Assembly: GCF_006345805.1 (NCBI RefSeq) | Contig: NC_043014.1 | Location: 22,692,001-22,756,000 of the forward strand | Direction of reading: 5' to 3' | From: Octopus sinensis | Taxonomy: Eukaryota | DNA: 64,000 nt | In this document: positions 30,100 through 44,648 of the stretch, piece by piece | Numbering within the stretch: position 1 is the first letter of the stretch | How the letters are laid out: each line of letters starts with the position of its first letter | Made by a program: the position numbers and the translations under genes | Notes under the pieces: model-generated | Told to the model about the DNA's origin: nothing | What the model saw: only the letters and a program-made list of their open reading frames with translations | Databases searched by the model: none

Positions 30100-31140
30100 G
30101 ACATTCTATCAACTCCTATGCTTGTGTGAAATCAGGGAGTGATAACGAGAAGAAAATAATGCTTCTAGTATGATTCTGATACATACTGGTTTTTGACACC
30201 CTCACAACTATAGCTGGTACTGGTTATAGAGGCAGCATTCATATTATTTAGCATTATAGTAAAATCTCATTAATCGTCTGTCCTGGCACAAACACAAACA
30301 GCATCTCACTGGAGCTACTTTCCTCTTTAACAAGTTGTACTATCAATCTTTATGTTACTATCATAACTTTGTCCATTAGTTTGACTCCTCTTGTATTTGT
30401 TATAGTAGTGAATGATAATACTGCTATGCCAGTCTATGGGGATAATCCCTTCCTGTACAACCTGATGGATTATTTAAATGTCTAGTGTATGTCCTACATG
30501 GACAGATATTTTCAGCATCTCAGCAACTGTTGTTGATACACTGGCTGTTTTCCATGCCATTTTTATTGTATAGCTATTGATTGAAGTTGGTCCCTCTTCT
30601 TGGTTTACTTGGGTTAGTACATCTTTCACTTCTTTGAAATTTTTTTTCTTTTAGTAATCTCTCATACAAGCATTTTCATGCCTATTTCTTTTTAGTGTCA
30701 GACAGAACAAGCGTGATGCCATCAGTTTGCATACACTTTTTACCTATGATATTGTAATTCATAGCAACTGCTTTGCAATCTGAAACTCCGCTCAATGCTG
30801 ATCCTATGCTCACAGAACATTGACAAACCCCTTACATTCAGCTTCTCCTCTTGTTAAGTAGTCCAGACATCTAGATTCTCTTCTAGCTACCTAATGTAAT
30901 TCATTGCTCCCTTCTTTATCCTAAGTTTTCCAGGACTGTCTCTTAGTTTGTGTGGTTCTATCTGCTGTACTATACCAGGCCCATGTAACTTCCTGCTTTA
31001 CTAAAACTTAGTTCCATCTACAAATCTGCTCTGTGGCTTCTAGAAAGTTATCTCTTAGGAACTTCCAGCTGTCTTTTTATGTTATAAATTTCTATCTTCT
31101 CCTTCTCAACATATGCTTCACTTTGTACTTTTTTTAATCC
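30100..31140 (-). mobile_element. Old, degraded relative of the RTE family of copies A/B
   Basis: Reverse complement aligns by eye with about 15130-15980 (AEMLKIS, EGIIPIDWHSSII, RGVKLMDKVM). Confidence 0.6.
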
Positions 31141-31148
31141 TCACTTCA

Positions 31149-34100
31149 CTCCATGTCGAAATCTACCACCCACCTGGGTGGGTGCCTTGCACGTTGTGAT
31201 CTTCTTAAACTGGGAACCTCATTCTCTTCCTCTTTTCTACAATCGTCATCCGACGAAGTGACATGACTCAGCATTCCATCCACAGAGATGTTGTTTTTGG
31301 AACTGACAGCTGTCAGTATTCCTCTGTTCCACTGAGTTGTGCAGCATGCCTTTGGTAGCTTGACCTAGACTTCATCTCCCACCTCCATAAAGTTGGGCCC
31401 TCTCTCTTCTACAGGGTATCTCGATGGTTTACTCGGATGCTGCCATTCATATTAGAATATTGCTCTCTGTGGCACGGACTCTTTGGCCTGTCTTCATCAG
31501 GGTGACATGTTGTACCAGAACACCGCTTCTAGCAGTGAGACATGTCCCCTCTCTGCCATAGCCTTGATCGTTCGATGATGTCTCTCCATGATCCCATTTC
31601 CACTTGGCCTGTATGCCACTCTGAAAAAGTAGTGCACTTTCCACCTGTCAAGCATCTCCTTCAACGCCTCCAAATGAAATGCTGTGCTGTTGTCCATCAG
31701 CAATTTGTCCAAAGGACCCCACTTTTAGAATACCTCGTTTAGAATTTGTGTCATCTCGTCTGTAATGCCTGTCCTCAATTCCCTCCATATGGCCATCTAG
31801 CCCGGCCCACAATCAACCCTCAAGAGATACGTCCCCTGCCAGTAATGTGTTACATCCACTTCTAATCATCTCCAGTTGTGCTCTACCAAAACATTTCCCT
31901 GCTCATGCACACCCAGAGCAGGGTTGATGGATTGACACCTGTTGTAGTTCCCAATCACCTTCTGGATGCTCCATCTGGTAATGTCAGCATCAATCCTCCT
32001 GGCGAGATACAGGGTCCTATCCACACCCATATGATGCATGGCATGCTGTCTCCTTAACTCAGAGTAATTTAACTGACACACCATGGCTACCCCTTGCTTC
32101 AATTCTTCCAGCTCCCCTAATCAGGCCATTTATACCCTGGTTAGAACTTCTGTCTTGTTTCTCTCTGAAGGCACAAAGACTACATTCAGCTTCAGGCCAA
32201 ACTTGCCAATTAGCTCCCCTAGAATCCCTAGGCAGTGCTTCACTAGCATTTCCTCAGCCCCTTTGGTTCACACCCTCTTCTTGTCAGTGATCACTGATCT
32301 TACCCAGCCAAGCACGGTAGCCAAATCCATCCTGATTTTGATGGAGTGCAGCTCCCATTTCAGGGCGAAATTCACACCCTTCAGTACTACGTCCAACTCA
32401 GCAACATTGATGTGGTTGTAGTCATCTGCTTTTTGAAGCCAGGCAGCATCCTCCACTTTGGTACCTCCAATTTGCAACACGATGCCTATCGCAATGCTAC
32501 CAGCATCACACCATATGGTCCTGCTATCCGATTTGGGCACATGCCAGTTCCCTCTGACTGGGTCTTCCACTCTTGTCCTCTCCAGGATTTCTCGCATCAT
32601 TGCCATCAACCCCTCTTCCACCATGTCACTCCAGTTCTCCCCTTCCGTTCATCTCTTGGTGTAACTGCATGCCATACACAGCCACTCCACGATTGGGTAG
32701 TGACCTATTAATATCCTGCATATTGAGAACAGTTCTCTCCTGCTGATGTTGGTACCCAGCTCTGGGGGTATCAACTCACCTTTTCTGTCTCTCTGAAGCT
32801 TAAGTTCCAGTGCAGCTCCTCCAGCCATTGGCTCCAGTGGCTTCACAATCAACCCAAATTTCTTCAAATGTCTCACAACCTTTGTGGCAGGCACTACAGT
32901 CTCATCCACAAGGATGTCATCCATGTAGGAACTGGTGGCCCTTCTTATCCTATCCACCTTTTCCAGGATGGATTTGAGCACTGTCACCATGATCTTCAGC
33001 ACAGAATTCAGCCGAAAACCCAGCCTTGTCAGACAATATGTCCGGCCCTTGTATTGTACCAGCTGGTATTGACACAGTTTGTTGCTCACATGGAGCTGCA
33101 AATATGCTGACTTCAAGTTGATGGTCGTCACTGCCTTAGTCGACTGCCTCCATACGCATCTCATCACAGACGTCGGTCGCCTCACCACCTGTGTGGGACG
33201 ATACATGGCCGTTGATCTCCCAAAAGTCCAGTACTGGTCTAACTTTGCCTTTAGAGGTAGCACTCTGCTTACTACCTCCTCTTTCCGCAAGATAAGGACA
33301 CCTTCCTTAATCCACTTCTCTACCTCTTCTTCAAACTCAGCCCTGGCATGCCCTTTCAGGGTATGCTGGTAGCAGCTCACCTTGTTCTTCAGCGTTAGGG
33401 GTCCCTCTTTCCAGTGCCACTCTATCATCCATTGCTGACCATTGAATGCTGCCTGAAAATCTGTGTCTTCAAAGGCATAGGCAGTGCAGCTCCTCATGGG
33501 GCTCTGCTCCTGCTCACATTCCTGACTCACCACACACGATGTCTCCACGACTCCAAATGAAACCATGTCTCCTCCAACACCGAGACCTCCAAAGCGGTTG
33601 ATTTCATCCACCACGTGGTCGATCATGATTACCTGAAGCCTTAGCATTGTGCCTTGCACCGCTATATCCACATCACTGCTACCCTTGCATTCGATTTTGC
33701 CACCATTGACTGCCCGAACGCTACTCGTCCCCTTCCCTTTCTTCGTCACCCTTGGGGTCATGAGAGTCGTCATGCAGTCCGTGCCCATGAGGGCCTTGAA
33801 CGTGTTTCTCTGACCATGACCTCAACTACAAGCAGTGACTTCACCAATGCCTCTACTCATTTGTGGGGGAAGTTTGAGAGGCAACAACTTCCCCATGGCC
33901 TTTTCCCTGGCTACAATTTCAGGCAATATGCCCAGTCTGTTTGCACCGGTAGCAAACCAGTCTGGGTTCTGTGCAGTCCCTCGCCATGTGCAGTCCTTGG
34001 TGCTTAAAACACTGGCCTGTGAACAGCTGCTGTCATTCCACAGCAGGCCTCTTTTCGTCCTTCACTAGCTATCATGCAGATTCACGGGCTTCTGCAGCTG

Positions 34101-34620
34101 CCATCACCACTGGCTTCTGCGCAGTGTTTTGTGTCAACATGCGAGTTGAAAGATGAGCTTGCTCATCACCATTTTGTTGCTACCTGGCAACTGTTGTAGT
34201 TGCACTGACACATTGTCGGGAAAGTTGTTCACAAAAGCCAGTAGTACTACTTTCTCAAGTCCCTTACCAGTAAGACCTACCAGACAACACAACCAGCCTC
34301 TGTACCTCCACAGCGTATTCATCGACCTGTTCACCTCTCCACATGATCATTCCCAGCTTAGCAAAAGCAGCGTACTCGCCATCTGTGTAAGCCTCTTTTA
34401 AACGCTGCTTGATCTTCACTGTACTCAGCTGTTCTTCATTCATTTTGAGGTACAGTGCCAGCGCACTCCACTCCAAATACAGTGCCATGGGGCTCACTAC
34501 ATCTTCAATGCCTTGTAGCCTGGCCACAACTTTGATCTTTCGAATCCAGGCTACTATGTCACCTTTGCCATAGAAAGGTCTGATAACATCACTGCTGGTC
34601 CTCATCTTTGCTGCCATCAT
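31149..34620 (-). mobile_element. Degraded Gypsy-like LTR retroelement internal region (gag-PR-RT-RNaseH-integrase); no LTRs found
   Basis: gag-like ORF 34264-34620; NLKSAYLQ and YMDDILV (RT); TIWCDAG and HINVAELD (RNaseH); HHMGVDRT, LLMDNSTAF, YRPSGNGIMERHHRTIK (integrase); integrase frame ends at TGA near 31149. Confidence 0.85.
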
Positions 34621-36599
34621 ATATCAAGGGGACAACAACGTCTGTATACAATTGCTGAAATCGCTTGTCATGCATGGGAAATGAAAAGAGGTTCATCTAC
34701 CTTTCTCTCTCATCTGCACCTGTCTGGTAGTAGTCTCTCTATTGATCCTACCCTACCCTGTCACCCAGTATAAGCAGCTGCCATCTCACCAACCCAAGAG
34801 TGAATTCCTTCACATCAGTTTGTGATGCCAAAAGAGGACGACCCTGTCCTGTCCCACTCTCACTTCCCTTCTCATGCTTTCTCTTCTGGTCGGTCTCTTG
34901 ACTATTGACGTTATGGCCCTCTTCTTCCAGCTCATCCTCACATTATCAATGAGGAGTCTGACTGAAGATCCCTTCTATATTAGGTCTTGTGTACAGTAGA
35001 CATGTACTCACATGTCTAGCAGCACTACAATCTCTTTAGTCCTATCTATCACCTTGCCAATGTTCCTGGTACATCTCTGTAGTTTTGTACCTGACAGGAA
35101 GCAGGGTGTTTCTGATTCTATTTTTGGTTATTTGATGCCTATTTTCTGCTTCTGAAAGGAAGAGTTTGAATGTTCATTTGATGATAATCTAAGGGATTCT
35201 TACATATTACCAAGTGTTCCTACTTGGCTGCCCCAGTACCATGTGTAGCCCTAATATAGTGAGTATTTGCCTTGTATACACAGTTATGAATTTTCACTGC
35301 TTTGAGTGTCACAAACCACTTTACAGTATGGGCTGAGTACATTTTATCATACCACCCATACTAGAGAAATTTTGTCTGCAAGACTGTTGTATCCACTCTC
35401 CACTATTAGTTTCTGCCTTCACTATCGCTTGCAGAGTTTGTATTTCTTTTGTGCAGATTTTTATTGAGAGTTTTCTTATATGGGTTGCTAGAAGCCCAAC
35501 ATCCAAGTCAATTGCCCTCACCATAGTTGTTGGAATATTTCTCTCTAAAAATATAATGAAGAAAGTTTGCAGTGCAATAGGAGAAAGGGTAGAGCTTAAA
35601 ATAGACTGGTAGTTAAGGTATGTTTATTTGAAGTGTCTGAATTTCTAGACTCGTCATGGTTCAAGCATTACTGTGGGATAGGTAGGATAGGGTGTATAAC
35701 TCCCAGTAGGTTAGGACACTCCTTGAACTATTACAGTTTGCCAGGGCTAGGCCCATTACAGTCTAGTGTGTATGGCCAAGAATGAAGCTGTCTCCATGGT
35801 AGTAGATTTGGGAAGTGTTGACATTGTGCCTTTTGTACTATGTTGGGTTGGTTAGCAAGCAAACCAAACAAAAATTAAGACGGAGAAGAGCTCTACTTAC
35901 TACTATTGCCTGGCAGGGCTGGCCCCGTTGTCTTTGGTGTGGGTGTTTCCACAAGGTTTTTATATAATTTTTTTGAGGTCTTTTGGAAAGACCCAACAGC
36001 TTCCAGGAAATTTGTTTTTATGATGTAATTTTGTTGTGTCATTTAAAAAATTTTTATGTGTGGTGGTGCATTGTGTGTTGGGAAGACAAAGTCTTCCATT
36101 GTGGTGTTTGTGTTTTTTTCTGATGTGTGTGACAAGATCTATATTGTCTGTGTTAATGGCTGTGAGGTTAGTGGTATTTGTGCAGTCTGTTTGTGTTGTG
36201 CATTGTGTTGCATTTTAAGGTGGTTTTGTTGTTGATAGTTGTTGTGTGTGCATGTTGCTGCTGTTGGGAAGTTTCTCCTGTTTGTGCCACCCCCTTTTTT
36301 CTTCTGTTGTCTTTCTCTTTCTTTTTTGGCAGGGAGCTGTTTGCCACTTCCCCCTCTCAAGCTCAGTACTCAAACAGCCCAAGTTGTTTGGGTTGGGAAG
36401 TAGGGGTTTTCTCTGGGACTAGGTTTTGTTCAGATTCATCTGTTGCTGCTGCTACTGCTGTATTAGCTGTTGGTGATGATGTTACTGCTACTGGTTGTAG
36501 TGGTACTCAGGCTGGTGGTGGGGATGGTACTCCAGCAGTGTCTTTGTTGTTGGTTTCTGTTGCTGCTGTTCTGGAGGTGCCCACATTTCTGGTGTTGGT

Positions 36600-37550
36600 T
36601 GCAGGGTCTGATGCACCTCCTTGTATTTGAGGCAGTTGACCTTGAGGTGCTGATTGCTTCAATAAACATAGCACCTCGGCCTCCTGCTCTCCACAGCCAC
36701 ATGTAGTCTCATGCCAGCCGGTAAGTTTATAGAGTCAGGGATAGAATTTAGGGCCACTTGTTCAATTTGAACAAGGATCTCCAATCCCTGACCCATCCAA
36801 TTTTGTTGGTGCAATTTATACACCTCCAGTATTGTGGCAGCATCCTCTATATCAAAGAGTATAGCTGCCACAAGCCAACATATATTTAATTCTGGGGGAT
36901 CCCTCACCAATTTTTATTCTTGTAACATGCTGACCTAGATATGTCGGCATGAGCAGGAATTCTTCAATCTTTAGTGGCACTGTGGAATGCTGTTTTGCTT
37001 CTTCCTCTGTTGCAAATGTACTTCCACAGTGCTGAAGCATCTTCCTCACATCACATAGGTCTTTTGTTTCCATATAGGCTTTAGAATTAACTCCAGCTGT
37101 TGTTGAGTGGCCTGTTCAACTCATCTTTTTTATGTTCAAAACTTTATAAGTAATGGTCTGTTTGTTTGTCTCTCTTATTAAATTCTGTGGAGTGTTAAGG
37201 AGGACATTGTTCCCATCTTTCCTTAACAGTTCCTTTGCATCTTTTATCGCGTCTAAAGTAAAATTCTGTCTTCCTTTCATTTGTTGTGTTGCAGAGGTAA
37301 AACTGTTGCTGCTTGGTTTGTCGTTTTTCTTCTTGTTTGACTTTTCTTTTTTTGCTCATATTGTCTGTGTTCATGGCGGTGGTGTTTTCTTGACTTTTTT
37401 TCTTGTTCTGTGTTAATAGTAGTGCTGATACCGTTAATGGTGTTAGTACTGTATTGGTGCTGTTCAGAGAGGAAAAATCCTCGAGGTATTGACCGTCAGA
37501 ACAGCCACTACCACTCCCCTCGAGAAACAAAGCCATCTTGTTTTTCATTA
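36600..37550 (-). pseudogene. Degraded ORF1-like gene (L1/Tx1-like RRM + knuckle region)
   Basis: PTYLGQHVTRIKIG, NWMG, IPDSINLPAGMRLHVAVESRRPRCY; motifs parallel those at 55174-55950. Confidence 0.45.
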
Positions 37551-37790
37551 GACGAAAATCAAAAATTATTTTTTAAAGGACAAAAAGTTCAAAATTCACC
37601 TGTAAAAAGGGGACCTTTTAACAAAAGAACCCCTTCTAGTTAACAAAAGGGGTCCCACACAATTAACAAAAGAAGCAAATGAGCAACAATCTTCAAAAAT
37701 TTCTACACAAACTACAATACACAGAGCTCAGAAAAAAACACGTCTTACCATGCCCAAAACAACAACAACAACAACAATAATAATAATAAT

Positions 37791-38335
37791 AAGCATCACC
37801 TTGAGGCTGTAACCGGGGAATAAAATGTAACAATTCTTTGGGACTTTTCAGTACATACAGACAGAACCATTGAAGCTAATAAACTGGATATTATAAAAGA
37901 TCAAAATAATAAGGTCTGTTTATTGATAGACATTAGTATCTGTTCTGAATTTGACAAGCTCAGAAAATATAAAGATTTTTACATTGAAGTTGAAAAAATG
38001 GTGCATTTCAAGGTGATTGCAATACCAGTGAATGTAGGAGCACAGGAATGATAAAAAAACTGAAAATCATTTAGAATGGTCCTTGGCTTATCATCCCTTC
38101 AATAAGTGCAAAAGATTGTTTTAACTGGTATGTCACATATATTGATTGTTGCTGGAAGAACAATAGCCTTCCATAAAAATATTTTTTTTTCCTACATAAC
38201 TTTATATGAATTTTTAAATGAACAATCTGGTGTATTTATTTTAATGGTCTACCAATGTATACAGTTTCTTTGCAATAGGTGTCAGGAAGACACACAGCTA
38301 GAAATGGAAACACAATTGAAGGAAGTAGAAAAATC

Positions 38336-38336
<1 letters not shown>
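37791..38336 (+). mobile_element. 3' fragment of an R4/Dong-like RLE non-LTR element
   Basis: Decayed LWDFSVHTDRTIEANKLDII...LLIDI...KLRKYKD...EVEKM...IPV.VGA...QKIVLTGMSHIL; flanked on both sides by (AAT)n. Confidence 0.7.
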
Positions 38337-38383
<47 letters not shown>

Positions 38384-40052
38384 CTTTTACTACAATAAAT
38401 TTAAATAAATTAAGAACATTTTCGGCCACTACTCCATCACCATCATTTACAGTGATTCAAGGTAACTATATCATGAAATAGCAAATCTATGAGCATAAAA
38501 CAACAACAACAGCAGTAGCAAAAACAATAATAACAACAATAACAACAAAATAATTGTAACTGATAAATTTAATAAATATAAATTTACATAGTTTTCTTTT
38601 ATCAAAATTCTTCAACTAAGGCTACATGGTTACATTCATTTATACATACATCATATATACATGCACACACACTTATCTATATATATCTATATGTGTGTGT
38701 ATATGCATGTGTGTGTGTGTGTATGTATACATGTTTGCATTTTTGTTGACATCTAAACTGAATAATAAAAATTAAAAAATAGTAAAAATAAAATAAATGA
38801 TAGGGCTGTCTCCTGTGCATTTCTAAACCCACTTGACAATGTTTGTTGTCTTAAATTTTAACTTTTTCTACACTAGATATTACAGGAACCATTCAGAAAC
38901 TTCTATAACATGACATGCCTAAAAAAGGATTGTAACTAAGTCTGAATGGTTGCCATTAAAAGCACATCAGCAAAAGAAGAGAATGGAAACTGAATTAAAG
39001 AATAATTGGTCCAAAAGTCCATGTGTGTATGAACTTTAACAAAAATTAAATCAATTCTACTAGGTGGTAGATACAGGCCAGATTCTCCCAAGCAGCTGAA
39101 ATTCTAGAGTATAGGGACAGAGGCTTTGCTGTGTGAAGAACAGCAAAACCACTTTGCATGTGAGACTAACAGGAAAGAAAAGCACGTTAGCAACATCCAT
39201 TCTTTCTAAGTCAGATAGAACAAATCTGGACATCGAGTTCACCCAATTAACCCAAATCTGCTGGAGAAGTTCAACTGAGTTACAAACAGTAAAGAAAGGA
39301 ATGAAAGAATCGTTTGGAAAAGAAAAAAGAGCTATAGAAGAAGGGGCAAAGATATATTCTTTTCGGAAGCAGATAGTATTCTCTTACTAAATCAATATGT
39401 TTGCCTTTATTTGGCAACACAATTTAACAGTAAAGTCAAATTTATTATATATTGTTGATGATATCAAGTCTAGCATCTTGAGTCTTATTCAGATAGTCTA
39501 TTTGAATAGACCTCAAGAGATGAAATCTGAAGTTACAATCTATCCTTACACACATACACATAAACTCACACTCACAAATACAGATACATAATGTCTGTAT
39601 ATTTGTATCTATCTGCCTATAAAAAGTATGCATTCATGTATGTATGTATATATGAATATGTGTGTGTATATACATTTGAATTATCAAAATAAATACTTTG
39701 TAAATAAAACAAATTTTTACAAAGCCTCTTAGCAGATGGCTTGCTAAATATGAAGATATTTCATGGTTATAGAGATAATGTATAGAAATATAAAGATAAC
39801 TAAGATGAAAGGGGTTTCAAAAATGAATATTGGATGTACATATTGAAATACATATATTTATATATATGTGAATGTATGCATATTCTATGTGTGTGTGTGT
39901 GTACATACATATACATACATGCACACACATATATATTGTTCATGCATACTAGCTATAACAAACAACCTTCTAAATTTGAATATAAGTATATAAGAATATA
40001 CATTCATATATTCACACACACATATTTATACACCCATATGTGCACAAGTGTG

Positions 40053-40110
<58 letters not shown>

Positions 40111-41254
40111 CACATATATTCATGCATACATAATACACACATTACATCAATTTAATAAAAGGCACAAACATATATTTAGGGAAATAGGATACATGCCTTT
40201 GGTGATGTTAGAGATTATGTGCATGCAACTGCATGTATAATTGTTTGTCAATATATATAGGAGTTTGTGTGTGTTGTCTGCCTGTGTGATTGAGAGTTTG
40301 CATGTGTCACTGATTCATCACTGAGTCTTTACTCGTTATCAAACACAACCCTGCAATTACTAAGCAATGCCATTATTTGCTTCTAACAAAATCTCAAGTC
40401 TTATATATAAGTAATTGTCAATGTAATCCTTGATGTAGTTGCTACATTAATTACAGCACCCTGTAACTCCTCCCACTAGCCATCCTTTTTCATAATCTCA
40501 CAAGCCAATCAGCTTCTGACTCTGTCCAACCTTTTACCTCATGTTGACAGAATCCAACCCAATGTCAAAATTCCTTAAAATTCTTTGTTGTACTTATCAC
40601 CAGCTGTACATTAACAATTTACAACACCTGAAATTATACATACATACATACATACATACATACATACATGGCACTTATAACTTATCTATTATATCTTAAC
40701 AAATGTTTTCTTATTATGAAATACTCTGTAAAAATATTCTGTGAAATCATATTAATTCGATGGATAAACATATACTTATAATTTAACTGTGACGAAAAGA
40801 AAAAAATCCTCATATAGATATTGGTGTATATTTGTGCATATGTATATATATGTACATGTTGCTTCTATTTGTTGCCCATACGCATGGACTTGTGTGTATG
40901 AAGAAGAACAATATTGTAACAACCCTGGTCTAAATGTATGCTTATATATATATATATATTATATATATATATAATATATATATATTGTATTGACTGTGGC
41001 TTTAAAATTTATAAAATTAAATCTACCGTAATGAATTTGTTTATATTGTACCATAATATATAATATATTGGAATCTACTATAATATGTATTATGAAGTGA
41101 AGATTACTCTAAATCTAATAATATTGTTATTATTGATAAATATAATAATAGTAATAATAATAATAATCATAATAATAATAATAATAATAATAATAATATT
41201 AGTAACAATTAAATATTGTTTATGTAGTCATGAGCATGGACGTATGTATATGTT

Positions 41255-41430
41255 CTGGTAGCACCCACTACACTCACGGAGTGGTTGGCGTTAGGAAGGG
41301 CATCCAGCTGTAGAAACATTGCCAGATAAGACTGGAGCCTGGTGCAGCCTTCTGGCTTCCCAGATCCCCGGTCGAACCGTCCAACCCATGCTAGCATGGA
41401 GAACGGACGTTAAACGATGATGATGATGAT
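41255..41430 (+). mobile_element. RTE 3' stub with (GAT)n tail
   Basis: CACCCACTACACTCACGGAGTGG...CCATGCTAGCATGG...GATGATGAT on the plus strand. Confidence 0.88.
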
Positions 41431-41777
41431 ATGTATGTATGTGCATATATGTGTATATACATATATATAAAATCTATATAACATATGGTTGAATTTTTAT
41501 ATCCTTTATTAAATTTTGTATATAAATATTCATGTATTAACTTACACTTGTATTGCTTATTAAAAGAATTCTTTGTATATGATGAATGGTCTATTTGCTT
41601 GGACCTATGGTTTAATTGTGCTTTATTTATGTATTTATACACATGGAAGGTGTATATACTTTGCTTAGAGAAAGATTGAGGAAGAAAACAGTATAGGGTA
41701 GAGAGTGGCATCAAAAAGGTGAAGATAAACTTACTTGGAAATGGATGCGTTGTGTTCAATCAAATTGTAAATGATAA

Positions 41778-41810
<33 letters not shown>

Positions 41811-42296
41811 ATATACATCACCAATGGTGCAAATAACAGGGAATATGTAAACAAACGAGGGGAAATGAGTAAAATACATAAACAAGAAAATAAATAAATA
41901 AAAAATGGAAAACAGGAAAGTTAACACAGAGAAAGGAACCTTCCATAAATTCTAAAATAAAATTTAGGATTTATGAAGGGTCAAAGTTGGAAACAAAAAA
42001 TTACAGTGGAGACATACAAGTAAATCAAATGAAAACAAATAGTCACGTTAGACCAGAATGAGAGGAAAATATTGAATGCTGGGAGAAACATTTTTTTTTT
42101 TGGAAAGTGAAAAGATAGAAGAGAGAGAGAGAAAAACATGTCAATTCGTTTAAACGTCCATGCAGGAAACGAAAGATGGTCACTTGAGAAAAAGAAAGAT
42201 GGACGATGGTCACATGTGAGCAATGAGAGAGAGAGAGAGAGAAAGAGAGAAAACGGTATGTATATATATATATATGTGTGTGTGTCTGTATGTATT

Positions 42297-42345
<49 letters not shown>

Positions 42346-42804
42346 AGTATAGAGACTTGTGCATCCACCAAATTTATTTTATAGTTATATGCAGTATATT
42401 ATAATGGCCTACATATGTTTCTGCTGCACCAACAATATTGCATGGTTGCATTTGCAACAGTGAGTAGTCACTGCAACAGAAACACACACAGGTCATTATA
42501 AGCTGTATATAACTATAAAATAAATTTTTGTAGATGTACAAGTCTCCATACTCTTTATTATTATTAATATTCATATACACTCTAGACAATTTTTACTGTC
42601 CAGCAAAGAGAACATGGAATTACCCATCGGAAGAATTCATGGAGTGACTAACAACTAAATGTAGTCATAGACATTAGATACTGATTGTTGTGGTTAGCTG
42701 TTAACTGGAACTTAACTGAGAGCTAATGTGGTATCTGCCTTGATAATATATTCCTCCAAGCTCACTATTATACATGCATACATACATACATAATATATAT
42801 ATAA

Positions 42805-42878
<74 letters not shown>

Positions 42879-42954
42879 ACATATATATGTATGTATGTAT
42901 ACATATATATATATATAATATATAAATATGTATATATATATGTATGTATGTATG

Positions 42955-43018
<64 letters not shown>

Positions 43019-43411
43019 ACTAGCATATCACCCGGTGTTGCTTGGGTTTGTTTCAACCCTTTAGAATTGGAATTTTTGAAAAGTAAAAATTTTGCATTAT
43101 GCAACTTGTTATTCTCTTCAAGTGAACATTTTTCCAGTTGAAACACACCGAAAAATGGTGACACAGCAGTCAAAAATCGTAAAGAATAGGGATTTTCATA
43201 GAAAAAAAAGCACCTTTTTGATGTAAATAATTTTTGGTGTTATCATGGTCCGATTTGAATTTTATCTTCTACAGAATGAAGAGCAAGCCTTCTATCATAC
43301 TCTCAATTTTGGTCAACTTGCGCTGCAGGGTCTCGAAGGAGACAGTGTTAGTTGAAGGCTACCAAACCTGCCACACACAGACAACTTCAGTTTTATATAT
43401 ATATATATATA
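43019..43411 (+). mobile_element. Helentron/DINE-1-like non-autonomous element
   Basis: Starts CTAGCATATCACCCGGTGTTGCTTGGGT (short hairpin) and ends CACACAGACAAC..TTTTATATAT. The class call rests on terminal motifs only. Confidence 0.5.
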
Positions 43412-44648
43412 TAAATTGATCAAAATAAAAACATGATGCCAAGGATTCAGCGGTACATATGTTTCGGGCCTTTATTAGACAGATTTATAACAATGCATAA
43501 TGTATGTCTGTGGCCTTCTTCAGCCGCGCACAACAGCTTCCACAAGGACATGTGTTACATCAAAAATTCTTGGTTAGGGATGCAAATCCTCTCATTCGCG
43601 TACGACATAATGCAGCAACAGCATAGAATTGAAGCGTCCATCTCTTTCTTCTCTCAATGTAGAATGAGGAAATTTGGATGTTGAAGTAATGTAAATAAAT
43701 TAATAAATAAATACATATATAGACGTGAAGGAACCTGGTAATAAGAGTAAATAGGGGTAAAGATGGAGGGGCGAGAATTCAGGACAAAGGATAAAAAATA
43801 TATAAAAAGTGTAAGTATAGAAAAATATAAAAATGTAGAGTATAAAGATATAAAGAGATATAATGAGATATAAAGGGGATATAAAGAATATTAAAAAAAT
43901 ATAAATGAATATAAAGGCATAAGGTTATAAAGTAAAAATAGAAATAGAAATAAAAGTAAAAAAATAAAAATAGGAATAAAAATGATAAAAATGTAAAAAA
44001 ATATAAAAATGTAAAAAAATATAAAGATAAGGGATGTATAGAGGTTACGGACCAAACATGGTGGTCAGGAAAATGACAAAATTTAGTTGTAGAAGCTTTG
44101 GGTGTCAATAAATCAACAGGGGCGTCTGGGGACCTAGCGTATTGTAAATCAGAGCTGTTGAGCAGTTAATCTAGTTCCTTGAATTAAGTGGTCATCTTGT
44201 ACATACATACCAACATGGATACATACACCCATATACACGCGCACATATACGCGCGCATACACAGCTCCAAGTATATAAGCATACATACGTACTCACGTAT
44301 TACCCCTATTTACTCTTATTACCAGGTTCCTTCACGTCTATATATGTATTTATTTATTAATTTATTTACATTACTTCAACATCCAAATTTCCTCATTCTA
44401 CATTGAGAGAAGAAAGAGATGGACGCTTCAATTCTATGCTGATGCCGCATTATGTTGTACGCGAATGAGAGGATTTGCATCCCCAACCAAGAATTTTTGA
44501 TGTAACACATGTCCTTGTGGAAGCTGTTGTGCACGGCTGAAGAAGGCCACAGACATACATTATGCATTGTTATAAATCTGTCTAATAAAGGCCCGAAACA
44601 TATGTACCGCTGAATCTTTGGCATCATGTTTTTATTTTGATCAATTTA
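43412..44648. mobile_element. Non-coding element with about 349-bp inverted arms (43412-43760 and 44300-44648), each carrying an outward-facing HHR
   Basis: Arms are reverse complements with a handful of mismatches, around a 540-bp A-rich spacer; HHRs at 43450-43527 (minus) and 44531-44610 (plus). Confidence 0.85.
43450..43527 (-). ncRNA. Type I HHR (inverted copy at 44531-44610, plus strand)
   Basis: GCGG-CUGAAGA-A-GGCC-ACAGA...UCUGU...GGCC-C-GAAAC-AUAU-GUA/CCGC; canonical core; palindromic helix III ACAUAUGU. Confidence 0.75.

Noticed and set aside
39060-39390. Short ORFs in non-repetitive sequence as possible host exons
   Set aside because: No recognisable domain or convincing splice pair; needs RNA-seq
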